This document shows, in pieces, positions 1 through 9,735 of a stretch of DNA of 64,000 nucleotides. The stretch covers positions 28,627 through 92,626 of IMG/VR virus record IMGVR_UViG_3300028840_006004, one strand, 5' to 3'. Both the position numbers and the translations under genes were made by a program. This DNA is from a virus. Below the pieces are notes generated by a model. It had not been told where the DNA came from. It did not search any database and saw only the letters and a program-made list of their open reading frames with translations. Each line of letters starts with the position of its first letter. Within the stretch, counting starts at the first letter, position 1.

Positions 1-3000
1 TTCTAATGTAAAGAAAGGATCCCCTGACTTAGTTGTTTTAGTCATATCCACATTACCGAATATGGTTTGAACCAGGTTATAAAAGATTGTTTTACCAGCA
101 GGATTTGTTGCCTGTTTGGATGCAGGCCTGGTAAGCTCTTGAATAATGTAAGCATCAATGAGCTTTTTATTTTCAGCATAGGAAGCCTGTTCAACATCTT
201 TATAAATAGATAAACTCTTATTCTTCAGCTCACGCATTGTTTTGCTAACAGCGATATATACAGAATTAGGGATCTCACCATAAACAACATAAGGCTTCTC
301 TTCTCCTTCGATTATTTCAGACCCATCGAAATAACGGAATACTTTTCCAGCTTCACGCCTTGACATATAATAGTCGTGATATTCCATTAAGGTCTGATAC
401 ACTTTCTGAACTGCACTTTGGAACGAATGTACTCCAGCAAACTTTTCTTTAGCAGATACGGATTTACCTATACCGTAGAAAGAGAAGATCATTGGAGCAA
501 TGTTTCGTTCTGCCCAGAAATCTATATTCTCATTACTACCGAACAGGAATGTTTTCTGTTTACGTACTATATCAGTGTTGAATTCATTTTCGATATCAGC
601 TACTTTTGGGAAAATGATGGCTTCCGGATTAGATGGTATTTTATATTCGTTGTTGGCAAAGTATCCATCATCAACCTGAGCCAAAATAGTCTGGATATCG
701 CTGGAGAATAATTTGAATTTCGAGTACAACCATTTCTTAATCTGAAGAAGTACTCTGCCGATGTAGGTAGTTGGTCGATAATTTTCGTATTCAAACTTTT
801 CGGCAAGATACTCATGCGCATCGCCATAAGTTGCACCTGCAGGTAATTCTTTCTTTGCAGCATTGATCAGAGAAATTCTTTGTTTGTCACCCATTAAGTA
901 TTCGATAACAAAGTGAAGTGATTCGTGATCAGGAGTAGTTCCTTCAATTCCTTTACTTATCTGAGCGATCTTCATCAGACCGTTCTTAACAATTCCCCAG
1001 TGAGCTGTTCCCTTATAAATAATCAGTCCATCTTCAAAACCAAGATACTTCTGAGCATTCTCACTACCGATCAATTGTGCTATTCTCTGCAGTGCAGCTT
1101 CTTTTGAAATATAGGTAGTTTGACCTGGCACCCATTTCTTGCCATACTTTTTAAATCCAGTCTGGAATGGATTATCGTTATCACTTGTTTGACCTATATC
1201 TTCTTGTCCAGTCTTTGCGTCTTTTGGTTTTGGGCCAATGTTTGCAGATTTGCTACGAGCAACAGATTGGTTCACGCCAATAGTATTGGTTGTCAAATAT
1301 TCGACATTAACCTTCTTGCTATCATCATCGCGAACAATAACTGGGTAATAAAAGCGTAAAGGCCGTGACCTTCCTGCAATCTTTGTTGTTGCGGTAAGAT
1401 TTCCATTCTGATCAGCATAACGATTCTCAATCGCCTTAATAATATGCGGAACAGCTGCCTTGAGATTCAGGAGCCTTTGTTTATAGGTACCTCCTTTAAC
1501 CTGAATATTTTTATAAGTTACCCCGCTTTTAGAGGTAACTTCTTTTGTTTTGAAAAAACGCTCAAGATTAGGATCGGAAGCTATCATGGACGTAGCCATT
1601 TCTGAATTTGCATCCATCCATCTCGAGATTAACGATTCTCTTACAATACCATCCTGAGCACGTTTTGTTAACGCTTTAAATTCAGGATTATCTTCGATAT
1701 CCTCATTCCACATTTCCTCTATTTCCTGGACCAAAGCATCATATTTTTTCAACTCTTGAGTAGCGCCGGTAAAGAAAGATTTAATCACATCGATATCGCT
1801 CTCATTCGATTTTGGTGCTCTTTTCATTGGAGCAGCATCAAATATTACATCCACAATATTACCATCTGGATCTTTGAAACTGATCAGGATATTAAACCTG
1901 CCTCCTCGTTTGTCCCTGCTATATTTCAACGGAGTAATAAATCCTTCATCATCGAGATCTTGAACTAAGCTAAAACCATCATTTTGCATCTGTTCTAACA
2001 GACCGATAAAAGACATACGTTGCGCTCTGGAAGGCATCAGAAGATTTTTTTCAATCGTAACTTTCGTACCAGTAGTTCCCGGTGTTTGATTATTGTGAGC
2101 TTTATGAACCTGAACAAACTTGGCCACATTCATATCGATAGTATTCTCCAGTAATTCCTGGTTTTTAATTGACTTAGCAAAACTATCTTCCAAATATGCA
2201 TAAACAGCTTGCTTTGCATCTTTAAATGGCATTCCTAACCATTTATTGAACTCAGGAACTTTAGACAGCCAGTTGTCAGAGAATTTTTTATCCTTATTAT
2301 TAGGAACACGAGCCTCAGCCGGTGTATCGATACCAACGAAATCAAGGCCGAGCTCTTTCATTTGTTTTTTACTGATACCAATTTCTTTTGCTACAAAATC
2401 TAATTGTTCTTCAGTAAAGCGTATTTCAAATACGTTATTATAGATCTCACCTTCATAGGACCTGGTGCTACGATTTGGTACAGTATAAACTGCGCTTACA
2501 CGATAAATCTTGTCCAGGACTGACATCTTAGCCGGAAGTTTAGTGATCGCATCCAGTGATTTTAATTTCAGATCGAACCATTTATTTTTCTTACGATTAA
2601 ACATATTGGCACCTGAACCCATTTTCTTTTTCCACTCAGCCTCATTAAAATCAGGACTGGATTGTGGAGCAAGCATGTGTGTAACATAGATCGTGCGATC
2701 TGTTTTATATTCAATTGCACTACGCTCACGAATAAGTTCCGGAGTTCCTTCGACAGGATTCCAGATATTATGTGTTAAATAACTTTGCGGAACTGTAATT
2801 ATTTCTCCCGTTACCTGGTTTTCAAGATTAGCAATTAATCCGTTTTTATCAAGCAGAAGATCTCTAACAAAATAAGCTTCGCCCGTTTCTTTTTCTACAA
2901 TAGGATCAGAGGTAAATATATCTACACCATCTCCAAGATGAGCAACATCGATTTTGCGTTTTAAGGCAAAGAGAACGGTAGGATCCGCAATACGAAATTC

Positions 3001-6000
3001 AGTTCTTTTTAATCCAATTGCTTTGGCAACATCTTCAATAGGAACATCAGTTGATTCAACTTGATCAACAAAATATTCTGCTGGTAAATCACTTTTCTCA
3101 ATTTCTATCCAGGATTTACTATCAGCGATATTAACGTTGTACACATTGTTAACAATCCATCCTTTTTCTTCAGCAATGAACCGGTAGGTGTGGGCCAATG
3201 CTTGACCGTACTTATTCAGTTCTCTCGGGTGGAGTGTATAAGTTCGTGTAAATATGTCTACGATAGGATTTCCATTTTCATCATAACCGACAGTTTTGAT
3301 CATATATGGACTTCCTTGAATATCCAGATCTTTTGGTTTAATATTTGGACGATGGACGCTGAATTCATTATAACCCATAGTTTCTGCTACTTCTTGGGCA
3401 ACAGCGATCATTCTACGCTTAAAACCATTAACCCTTCCGTTCCATCTTGCGGTTCCTTTACCCTGATTCTCTTTATCAGCATCTTTCTCTTCCTTGTTCA
3501 TTGGACGATACTTTCTGATTAAAGAATCGAGCAGGTTTTCAATTGATTCAACTTCATCTTCTTTCGCTATCACGCGCTGGAAAGCAACATCAAATATTGC
3601 TCGGCGTTCTTTAAGTTGTTTATTCTCGAGAATTTGGCTTTCAGTTTTTTCCTGCTTATCCTGTAACCATTGAGCAGCTATGTCAGAAGCGTGACGGAAA
3701 CCGGGATATGTTTTTGTTTCAGTTGTTTTCTTGAATGCAGCTTCAGCATCATCAATATTATAACCACCATCTCCAAAATACATCTGCGAATCAACCTTAT
3801 ACAGGTCATCAAGTTTCGCTTTCTTTTTACCCTTACGTTTCTTTTTCTTCTTCTTTTTATCAGTGCCTTCTTCTTCGTCAGTAACTTCTTTTTCCTCAGT
3901 TCCAACGATTTCAAAATATGCAGCACGTTCCATTCGCTGTGCTGTTAAGCGGGCGAGCACATCCTCATCAGTTTCTATTGTTGTGGAATATCCACTGATA
4001 GGAGTATTGTCAGTAACTTTTCCTGAAATCTCAGGATTACCAAACATTTCAACATATTGTGAAGCGCGGGATACAGCAGTAAGCATAATTGCTACAGCGT
4101 CACCTTCTCTGCCACCACTTTCAGGTAATGCAAAAAGACCGGCATCGCCTTCAAGCATTGAAGCCATATCAAATGGAATGAATACCTGGTCAGCTTTCAA
4201 TCCTGAAGCATTATACTTAAATCGTTTTGAATCCTGGCGGATCTTCTTAGCATCATATTCAAGAGTGAATATTTTATCTTTATGCATTCCAAGCCTGTCA
4301 CCATACTTATCAATTAGCTGTTCCATATTTGCATAAGTAGGAACCAAAAGCATTTGTGTTTTACCGGTTTCATTTGCTTCAGCAAATTCAACTTGATCTA
4401 AAAAGTTTTGTACAATCTGATCAAGTCCCTCTGTCCTTTTAATATATCGAACACCGACATTACCATCAGGAGATGTTTTCCATTTAGTTTCGGTAGTTCC
4501 GATAGCTTCATCAATTTGTTCAGTAGTTACTCCAAGAGCCCTGCGATATCCTTCCTGTAATGCACGGATATAAATAATTCCTGTACGGAAAATCTGATTC
4601 AACGCATTTGTTTTCTCACCAAAATTATCAACAGGATATAATGCATGTGAGTTGTTTAAACTCTTTACCTGGCCTTCATCACCGAGAATAACTACACGTT
4701 TTTTATGTTCACGTTGCCATGATCTGAGTAAATTTCCTTCTTCTTTAGCATTTTCTTCAACTGGATCCGGAGCAGGAATGGTTGACCCTTCTTCATAAAT
4801 AATGATATCAGCATCCTTATAAAGATCCTCATTATTTACCAGATCGTGTGCCGGGATAAAAACAGGATTAATTGTAGCTTCGGAACCTATTTCTGAAAGC
4901 CGTGTATTGATTTCTTCAACAGCATCACTATGAATTTTTTCTACTCCTTTTGTAGGAATAATGTAGAGTACATCAATAGCTTTGTTTTCCAGCGCTGCAT
5001 AATATAACAAAGCATTCTTCGCTACCATTGCGCTTTTACCACTACCTGCATAACCACGTACAAATAGGGTATGATCGATAAGCATTTCCCTGGTTCCTTC
5101 AGGATAGTTCCAGTCTTCTTTATCCTGGGACTGCATGAAAGCAACAACATCAACAATAGCATCCAGTTGCTCGAATGTTTCCAGGTCGTCATTATTAGCT
5201 TTTGTAAGATTATTCAAGTTGAGCTTCTCAGCCTGAGCAAGCATCTGTCTTCTGGTATTGGTCTTTCCATTACCAAGTGAATTTGCTACTGATAAGAATT
5301 GGAAATAGCTAAAAGTATAGAGCGAATATTCATATTCTTCCTGTCTGAATTTTTGTTCCTGAATATATTCAGAAGCGCTTTTCTTTCCGCCTTCTTTTTT
5401 ATAATCAGAGAAAGATTTCCATACAACTCTACCGTCATCATATTTTCTAACCGAAGCAAGTCCATCGTATGTCCCGGAAGACATATTGTATACAGGCTCA
5501 TCGGCAATCTCGGTGCTTATGTAAGGAAGTTCATTATTGGAAGTTTTTTTAACATGCTCAATAAAACCACCAAGTTTACCCGAGAAAATCTCTTCGATGT
5601 CCATTAGCTCTTTATCAATTAAAGCAATAGCGGCTTTTACACTATTTTTTTCAGGAGATTTTCCATCTGACGTATAAATGCTATTGTAATAGAGAGGGTA
5701 TAATTGTTCCGGATAAACATGATCATTGTCAGCATTTTCAACATCAGAAGTGGTTTTGTACTTACTGATTGTCTTTTTTATGATTTCACTGATCTTTCTG
5801 CTTTTGTTGGTGACAGTAGCAATATCGTCCTTTGTGAGTTTATGTTTAATGTCATCGTTACCCGCATCGATAGCAACAGATCTCATGTGATGAAGCATCC
5901 TGGACTGGTTTCCAAGTTTAACTTTCACGCTTTCACGTTCAGTACTTGCTGACTCCAGCCGTTTATCCATCTTCCACGAATCATTGATCACTTTCTTGAA

Positions 6001-9000
6001 CCGCTTAACGAATTCATCGATGAACTGACGTTCTTCTCCAAATGGATCCAATCGCCATTTTGAATTATCGTCTTGGTGATAAATCGAGTGCTCGTTGCCT
6101 TGACCTGAAGGTAATTTCTCAATATGATTCTGGGTAACATCTACCATTAATTCCATCATTGTGGTAATTGTATCCAGTAATTGATCAGCAATATCAAGTT
6201 TATTAATCCACTCTGCTCCATTGTCGATCGGGAGATTTGGATTTCCGAATACAATCTGAGCGTCATTGATGATATCAGCAATGGAGGTTTCAGCTCCATT
6301 TGATAATGTGAATTTATTATTCAGCATTCCCAGTAAAAGTCCCAGCTTATATGTACCGATCTTTGCATCACGGAAAGCCTGCGATCTGCCATCCTCATCA
6401 ATTTCAAATAGATCCTTGATAGTTTGAGGCGCATTACGAAGCATTTCTCTTAAATGTTCCTGCATAACAACTTCAGGCATCGCATCAATTGTACCCTCAT
6501 ATTTAGCCAGTATACCGGCATCACGCTTAGTATTGAATTGTTCGACATCAGCTACTCTCTGAGCAAGATCACCTTCATCTACAATATCATCACCTATTCC
6601 TGTTTCAACAGGTTTTCCTTCGATAACTTCAACTGCATTATCATAAATCAGATTCATTATTTCGACAGCTCTCTTACCCTGCTCAAGCGCACCGGTAAAT
6701 ACGCCAACAGCGGTTTCATCATAGAGCATCGCTTTTACATTGCCGAATACCTTAACAGCATTTTCGATATACTTATTGATTTCAGTATTCAAACGCTGTC
6801 CCTTCTTAATCATTTGTCTGCCATATTCCCCTCTGGCAATAACTTCATTGATAGCATCCACTATCCCAAGACCAGTTTTCTTTGGAAATAATACTGCTGG
6901 TTTTCCTTCGCCTTCTTCAATTGTTGTTGCAACTTCACGACCAGCTGTTTCGGAAACACCTGCCTCTTCCTGAATTCTAATTTCCTCTTCCCATTCTGCT
7001 ATCTGAGCATCGAGCCCTTCATCCTTGCTTCCACGTTTTTTCCTGGCTTTCATATCAGCCAGTTCTTTACGTAATACTGTCAATGGTTTTGCAACCTTAG
7101 CTGCAGCTTTTCCTTTTTTAGGAGGCTGTTCCAAGACTTCTTCAAAGTCAAATGTTTCACCCTCGATCCTTGCCATTTCAGCAAGCGGTGACTGTAGGTC
7201 AAGATTTTCCAGATTACTTTCCTGCGCCCTGGAATTGTGAGCATCAATTACTGACTGAAGACCATTCGGTCCCCATTCTTTAAGAGCTTTGGTCAGCATT
7301 TCCCATACAGGATATATTTTACGATCATTCAACGCCTCGAGTATTACCTGGCTGGTTGAATTTTTGATCTTTTTCATTTCCTTTTGGTAGGCATCTACTG
7401 GAACAACATCACCATAACGTTCCTCGATATTCTTCTTGGCTTTTTCAGAGATCAGTACATCAACTGCATACAGACCGTTCATTTTTTCAGTGAATACTTG
7501 AGAGGTAGTAACCTCAACACCATCAACTACATTGGTCTTTTTTTCTGTAAGCATTTTCTCATAAGCATCATTACGTTCAATCCAGGCTTGAATTTCCTTT
7601 TCGTCAGTAATACGCTTAACACCTATTTTATCCCATTCAGCATTAAGAGCCTGCTCTCTCGCTTCAGGTTCTAATTGCTCATTATCCATAATCGCCAAAA
7701 TCCCTTTAAGGGATTTGGTTGTTTCTTTTGTCTGTAAAAGGTCGAACAGAAAAGATTTATCACCTCCGAGTGTTTTTATTAACTCAGGATTATCCAGATT
7801 ATGTTCATTGATTGCGGCAACATAATATTCAAGATCTTGACGGAAACCTACTTTAACATCATCTCCGACATTTTTTTCGAGATGGCCCATCTTAACCCAG
7901 CTGTCCACCATACCATCAATTTTATCGAATACGGTAGGATCATCTTTGGCTCTCATAGCAAGATCCATCATCTGTTGTCCCTGGCGATTTTGACCTGCAG
8001 TAATATTATGAGCGATACCCATAGTAAAAGTAGATGATAGAAACGCAATAGCAGGCTCCTCCCAACTGAAACTCTCATCAAGCGTTCTGGATCCATCGAG
8101 GATACCTTTAGAAAATTCGATTTGACGCTCAATTTTCCTCTTCTCTTTCTCGTTCACACGATCAATTGTAATACCATTGGAATTCTTCATGGCATAATCA
8201 CCACCAGGTAGCGGATCGAATGTAGCACCTCCATTCTTACGGAGATTATTTTTAGCCATATTCCTTTCAATAGCATTAAAAAGCGAAGCGAAAGTCATGT
8301 GACCTACACCCTCAGCTGCCTCTTCAAAACCTTCTTCAACACCTGCGCCTACAGCTTTGCCTGCTCCTTTAAGCAATCCTTTTCCCGCAGCCATCTTATG
8401 AAAGTTCCTTCTCAAAGCTCCAGTATATTTATTGGCCCAGAATCCTTTTGCCGGCATTTCTAATGCTTCAGCTTCAGCTAATCCTTTTACCATTCCTCCG
8501 GACACATCCTCGATTACTTCGGCTGCAGAAACTCTACTGAGATTATTAAATATTCTCTGTCCTTGCTTCACACCAAATCTTTGTACAAGGTTAGCTGAGA
8601 TAATATTTTCTGAACCGTGAGTAATAAGTCCGAACATTAATCCCATTGCTTCAGCCTCCTGGGCTGAGTATCCTTTTCTGACAAGATCATTACGTGTAAG
8701 ATCATATACTGTAAGAGATCCTATACTGATTGACATTTGAGTAGCAAGTTTGGTTCCGACACCAGCTGCGCCCAGGGAGAAACCTGATGCGATCATCGGT
8801 AAGAATTGACCAACTCCGTCCCAAAATGAATACAATATTGAATTGGCATTATCAAACACACCTACAGCTTCGTCATAATTTTGACGTTGCATTGCTGAGG
8901 CTGCATTTGACCATTGGTTCGCAAGATCATTTAATTGACTTGCGTTGACCGCTTCTGTATAAGAACGATCTGTACCGACCATCAAAGCCGGTGCTGCAAC

Positions 9001-9735
9001 AGCATTAAGTACATGGAGTAATCCACCTCCAGCCTGAACAGTTTTTCCTACTGCGCCAGAAATAGTACCTCGAGATGCAGATCCTAACCAGGTAGAGTTT
9101 AGCTCCCGCGCTCCTCCTACCCATTCATAAGGTTTAATCTTAGCAGGATCCCCGAGCTCACCATCCTTGAGCTCCCGATAAACCCATGTATTTAGTTTTT
9201 CATCCCACTCATTCTGAAGTTTATTTGTGTTGGAACGTTTGTCGTATTCCTCTAATGGAAGAAGAATACCATTACGATCATAATAAAGCTCATTCTTTTC
9301 AGCGATCTGATCCTGATGTTCTATGATTACTGGTTGTTCAAGTCCAAGAAAATTGGCATAATTGGAAGGGCCTGTATTAATCCAGGATTCATCTTTATCG
9401 AACCATTTTAACTGGCCTTTCTCAGCCTCGGTTCCACCACCCGTATCATAAGTGCCTTCATAATCATAAAGATTCCACCTGCGGTTTTTATAAATATCAA
9501 ATTCCGCCTGCGCATGACCATAAGCAAATTTAAGATCTTCTTCAGGTATTTCCTTATCGGTTTTTGACTGCATTAAGGTAGAGAATTCCTCGTATGATTC
9601 GAGCTCTACCGGTAAATTGAAGTTTTTTTCTGCCTGGTAGATTGCTGTCAAGTCATGTTCCTGCATACGCGATTGGACATAATTGATCGCTGTTGGCTGC
9701 CTACCCTGGCCGTCACTTCCTGCTAATTTTGTCAT
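1..9735 (-). CDS. Giant virion/ejected polyvalent protein (>3245 aa, 3' end outside window) with N-terminal hydrophobic segments, SF1 (RecD/Dda-like) helicase domain and zincin (HExxH) domain; positional equivalent of the crAss virion RNA-polymerase-associated giant proteins
   Basis: ATG at 9733-9735 overlaps the upstream TGA (ATGA). No stop in the segments translated, and the track would have listed a closed ORF if one existed. Motifs: GYAGSGKS (5032-5055), IIIYEEGS, VILGDEGQ, LNQIFRT, TAVSRA (4063-4080), HESLH (913-927), EYLAE (799-813). Confidence 0.88.
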   Translation of the reverse strand, partial: MTKLAGSDGQGRQPTAINYVQSRMQEHDLTAIYQAEKNFNLPVELESYEEFSTLMQSKTDKEIPEEDLKFAYGHAQAEFDIYKNRRWNLYDYEGTYDTGGGTEAEKGQLKWFDKDESWINTGPSNYANFLGLEQPVIIEHQDQIAEKNELYYDRNGILLPLEEYDKRSNTNKLQNEWDEKLNTWVYRELKDGELGDPAKIKPYEWVGGARELNSTWLGSASRGTISGAVGKTVQAGGGLLHVLNAVAAPALMVGTDRSYTEAVNASQLNDLANQWSNAASAMQRQNYDEAVGVFDNANSILYSFWDGVGQFLPMIASGFSLGAAGVGTKLATQMSISIGSLTVYDLTRNDLVRKGYSAQEAEAMGLMFGLITHGSENIISANLVQRFGVKQGQRIFNNLSRVSAAEVIEDVSGGMVKGLAEAEALEMPAKGFWANKYTGALRRNFHKMAAGKGLLKGAGKAVGAGVEEGFEEAAEGVGHMTFASLFNAIERNMAKNNLRKNGGATFDPLPGGDYAMKNSNGITIDRVNEKEKRKIERQIEFSKGILDGSRTLDESFSWEEPAIAFLSSTFTMGIAHNITAGQNRQGQQMMDLAMRAKDDPTVFDKIDGMVDSWVKMGHLEKNVGDDVKVGFRQDLEYYVAAINEHNLDNPELIKTLGGDKSFLFDLLQTKETTKSLKGILAIMDNEQLEPEAREQALNAEWDKIGVKRITDEKEIQAWIERNDAYEKMLTEKKTNVVDGVEVTTSQVFTEKMNGLYAVDVLISEKAKKNIEERYGDVVPVDAYQKEMKKIKNSTSQVILEALNDRKIYPVWEMLTKALKEWGPNGLQSVIDAHNSRAQESNLENLDLQSPLAEMARIEGETFDFEEVLEQPPKKGKAAAKVAKPLTVLRKELADMKARKKRGSKDEGLDAQIAEWEEEIRIQEEAGVSETAGREVATTIEEGEGKPAVLFPKKTGLGIVDAINEVIARGEYGRQMIKKGQRLNTEINKYIENAVKVFGNVKAMLYDETAVGVFTGALEQGKRAVEIMNLIYDNAVEVIEGKPVETGIGDDIVDEGDLAQRVADVEQFNTKRDAGILAKYEGTIDAMPEVVMQEHLREMLRNAPQTIKDLFEIDEDGRSQAFRDAKIGTYKLGLLLGMLNNKFTLSNGAETSIADIINDAQIVFGNPNLPIDNGAEWINKLDIADQLLDTITTMMELMVDVTQNHIEKLPSGQGNEHSIYHQDDNSKWRLDPFGEERQFIDEFVKRFKKVINDSWKMDKRLESASTERESVKVKLGNQSRMLHHMRSVAIDAGNDDIKHKLTKDDIATVTNKSRKISEIIKKTISKYKTTSDVENADNDHVYPEQLYPLYYNSIYTSDGKSPEKNSVKAAIALIDKELMDIEEIFSGKLGGFIEHVKKTSNNELPYISTEIADEPVYNMSSGTYDGLASVRKYDDGRVVWKSFSDYKKEGGKKSASEYIQEQKFRQEEYEYSLYTFSYFQFLSVANSLGNGKTNTRRQMLAQAEKLNLNNLTKANNDDLETFEQLDAIVDVVAFMQSQDKEDWNYPEGTREMLIDHTLFVRGYAGSGKSAMVAKNALLYYAALENKAIDVLYIIPTKGVEKIHSDAVEEINTRLSEIGSEATINPVFIPAHDLVNNEDLYKDADIIIYEEGSTIPAPDPVEENAKEEGNLLRSWQREHKKRVVILGDEGQVKSLNNSHALYPVDNFGEKTNALNQIFRTGIIYIRALQEGYRRALGVTTEQIDEAIGTTETKWKTSPDGNVGVRYIKRTEGLDQIVQNFLDQVEFAEANETGKTQMLLVPTYANMEQLIDKYGDRLGMHKDKIFTLEYDAKKIRQDSKRFKYNASGLKADQVFIPFDMASMLEGDAGLFALPESGGREGDAVAIMLTAVSRASQYVEMFGNPEISGKVTDNTPISGYSTTIETDEDVLARLTAQRMERAAYFEIVGTEEKEVTDEEEGTDKKKKKKKRKGKKKAKLDDLYKVDSQMYFGDGGYNIDDAEAAFKKTTETKTYPGFRHASDIAAQWLQDKQEKTESQILENKQLKERRAIFDVAFQRVIAKEDEVESIENLLDSLIRKYRPMNKEEKDADKENQGKGTARWNGRVNGFKRRMIAVAQEVAETMGYNEFSVHRPNIKPKDLDIQGSPYMIKTVGYDENGNPIVDIFTRTYTLHPRELNKYGQALAHTYRFIAEEKGWIVNNVYNVNIADSKSWIEIEKSDLPAEYFVDQVESTDVPIEDVAKAIGLKRTEFRIADPTVLFALKRKIDVAHLGDGVDIFTSDPIVEKETGEAYFVRDLLLDKNGLIANLENQVTGEIITVPQSYLTHNIWNPVEGTPELIRERSAIEYKTDRTIYVTHMLAPQSSPDFNEAEWKKKMGSGANMFNRKKNKWFDLKLKSLDAITKLPAKMSVLDKIYRVSAVYTVPNRSTRSYEGEIYNNVFEIRFTEEQLDFVAKEIGISKKQMKELGLDFVGIDTPAEARVPNNKDKKFSDNWLSKVPEFNKWLGMPFKDAKQAVYAYLEDSFAKSIKNQELLENTIDMNVAKFVQVHKAHNNQTPGTTGTKVTIEKNLLMPSRAQRMSFIGLLEQMQNDGFSLVQDLDDEGFITPLKYSRDKRGGRFNILISFKDPDGNIVDVIFDAAPMKRAPKSNESDIDVIKSFFTGATQELKKYDALVQEIEEMWNEDIEDNPEFKALTKRAQDGIVRESLISRWMDANSEMATSMIASDPNLERFFKTKEVTSKSGVTYKNIQVKGGTYKQRLLNLKAAVPHIIKAIENRYADQNGNLTATTKIAGRSRPLRFYYPVIVRDDDSKKVNVEYLTTNTIGVNQSVARSKSANIGPKPKDAKTGQEDIGQTSDNDNPFQTGFKKYGKKWVPGQTTYISKEAALQRIAQLIGSENAQKYLGFEDGLIIYKGTAHWGIVKNGLMKIAQISKGIEGTTPDHESLHFVIEYLMGDKQRISLINAAKKELPAGATYGDAHEYLAEKFEYENYRPTTYIGRVLLQIKKWLYSKFKLFSSDIQTILAQVDDGYFANNEYKIPSNPEAIIFPKVADIENEFNTDIVRKQKTFLFGSNENIDFWAERNIAPMIFSFYGIGKSVSAKEKFAGVHSFQSAVQKVYQTLMEYHDYYMSRREAGKVFRYFDGSEIIEGEEKPYVVYGEIPNSVYIAVSKTMRELKNKSLSIYKDVEQASYAENKKLIDAYIIQELTRPASKQATNPAGKTIFYNLVQTIFGNVDMTKTTKSGDPFFTLE

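Noticed and set aside
418-8620. Short ORFs listed by the track in 1-9.7 kb
   Set aside because: Shadow frames of the giant minus-strand ORF.
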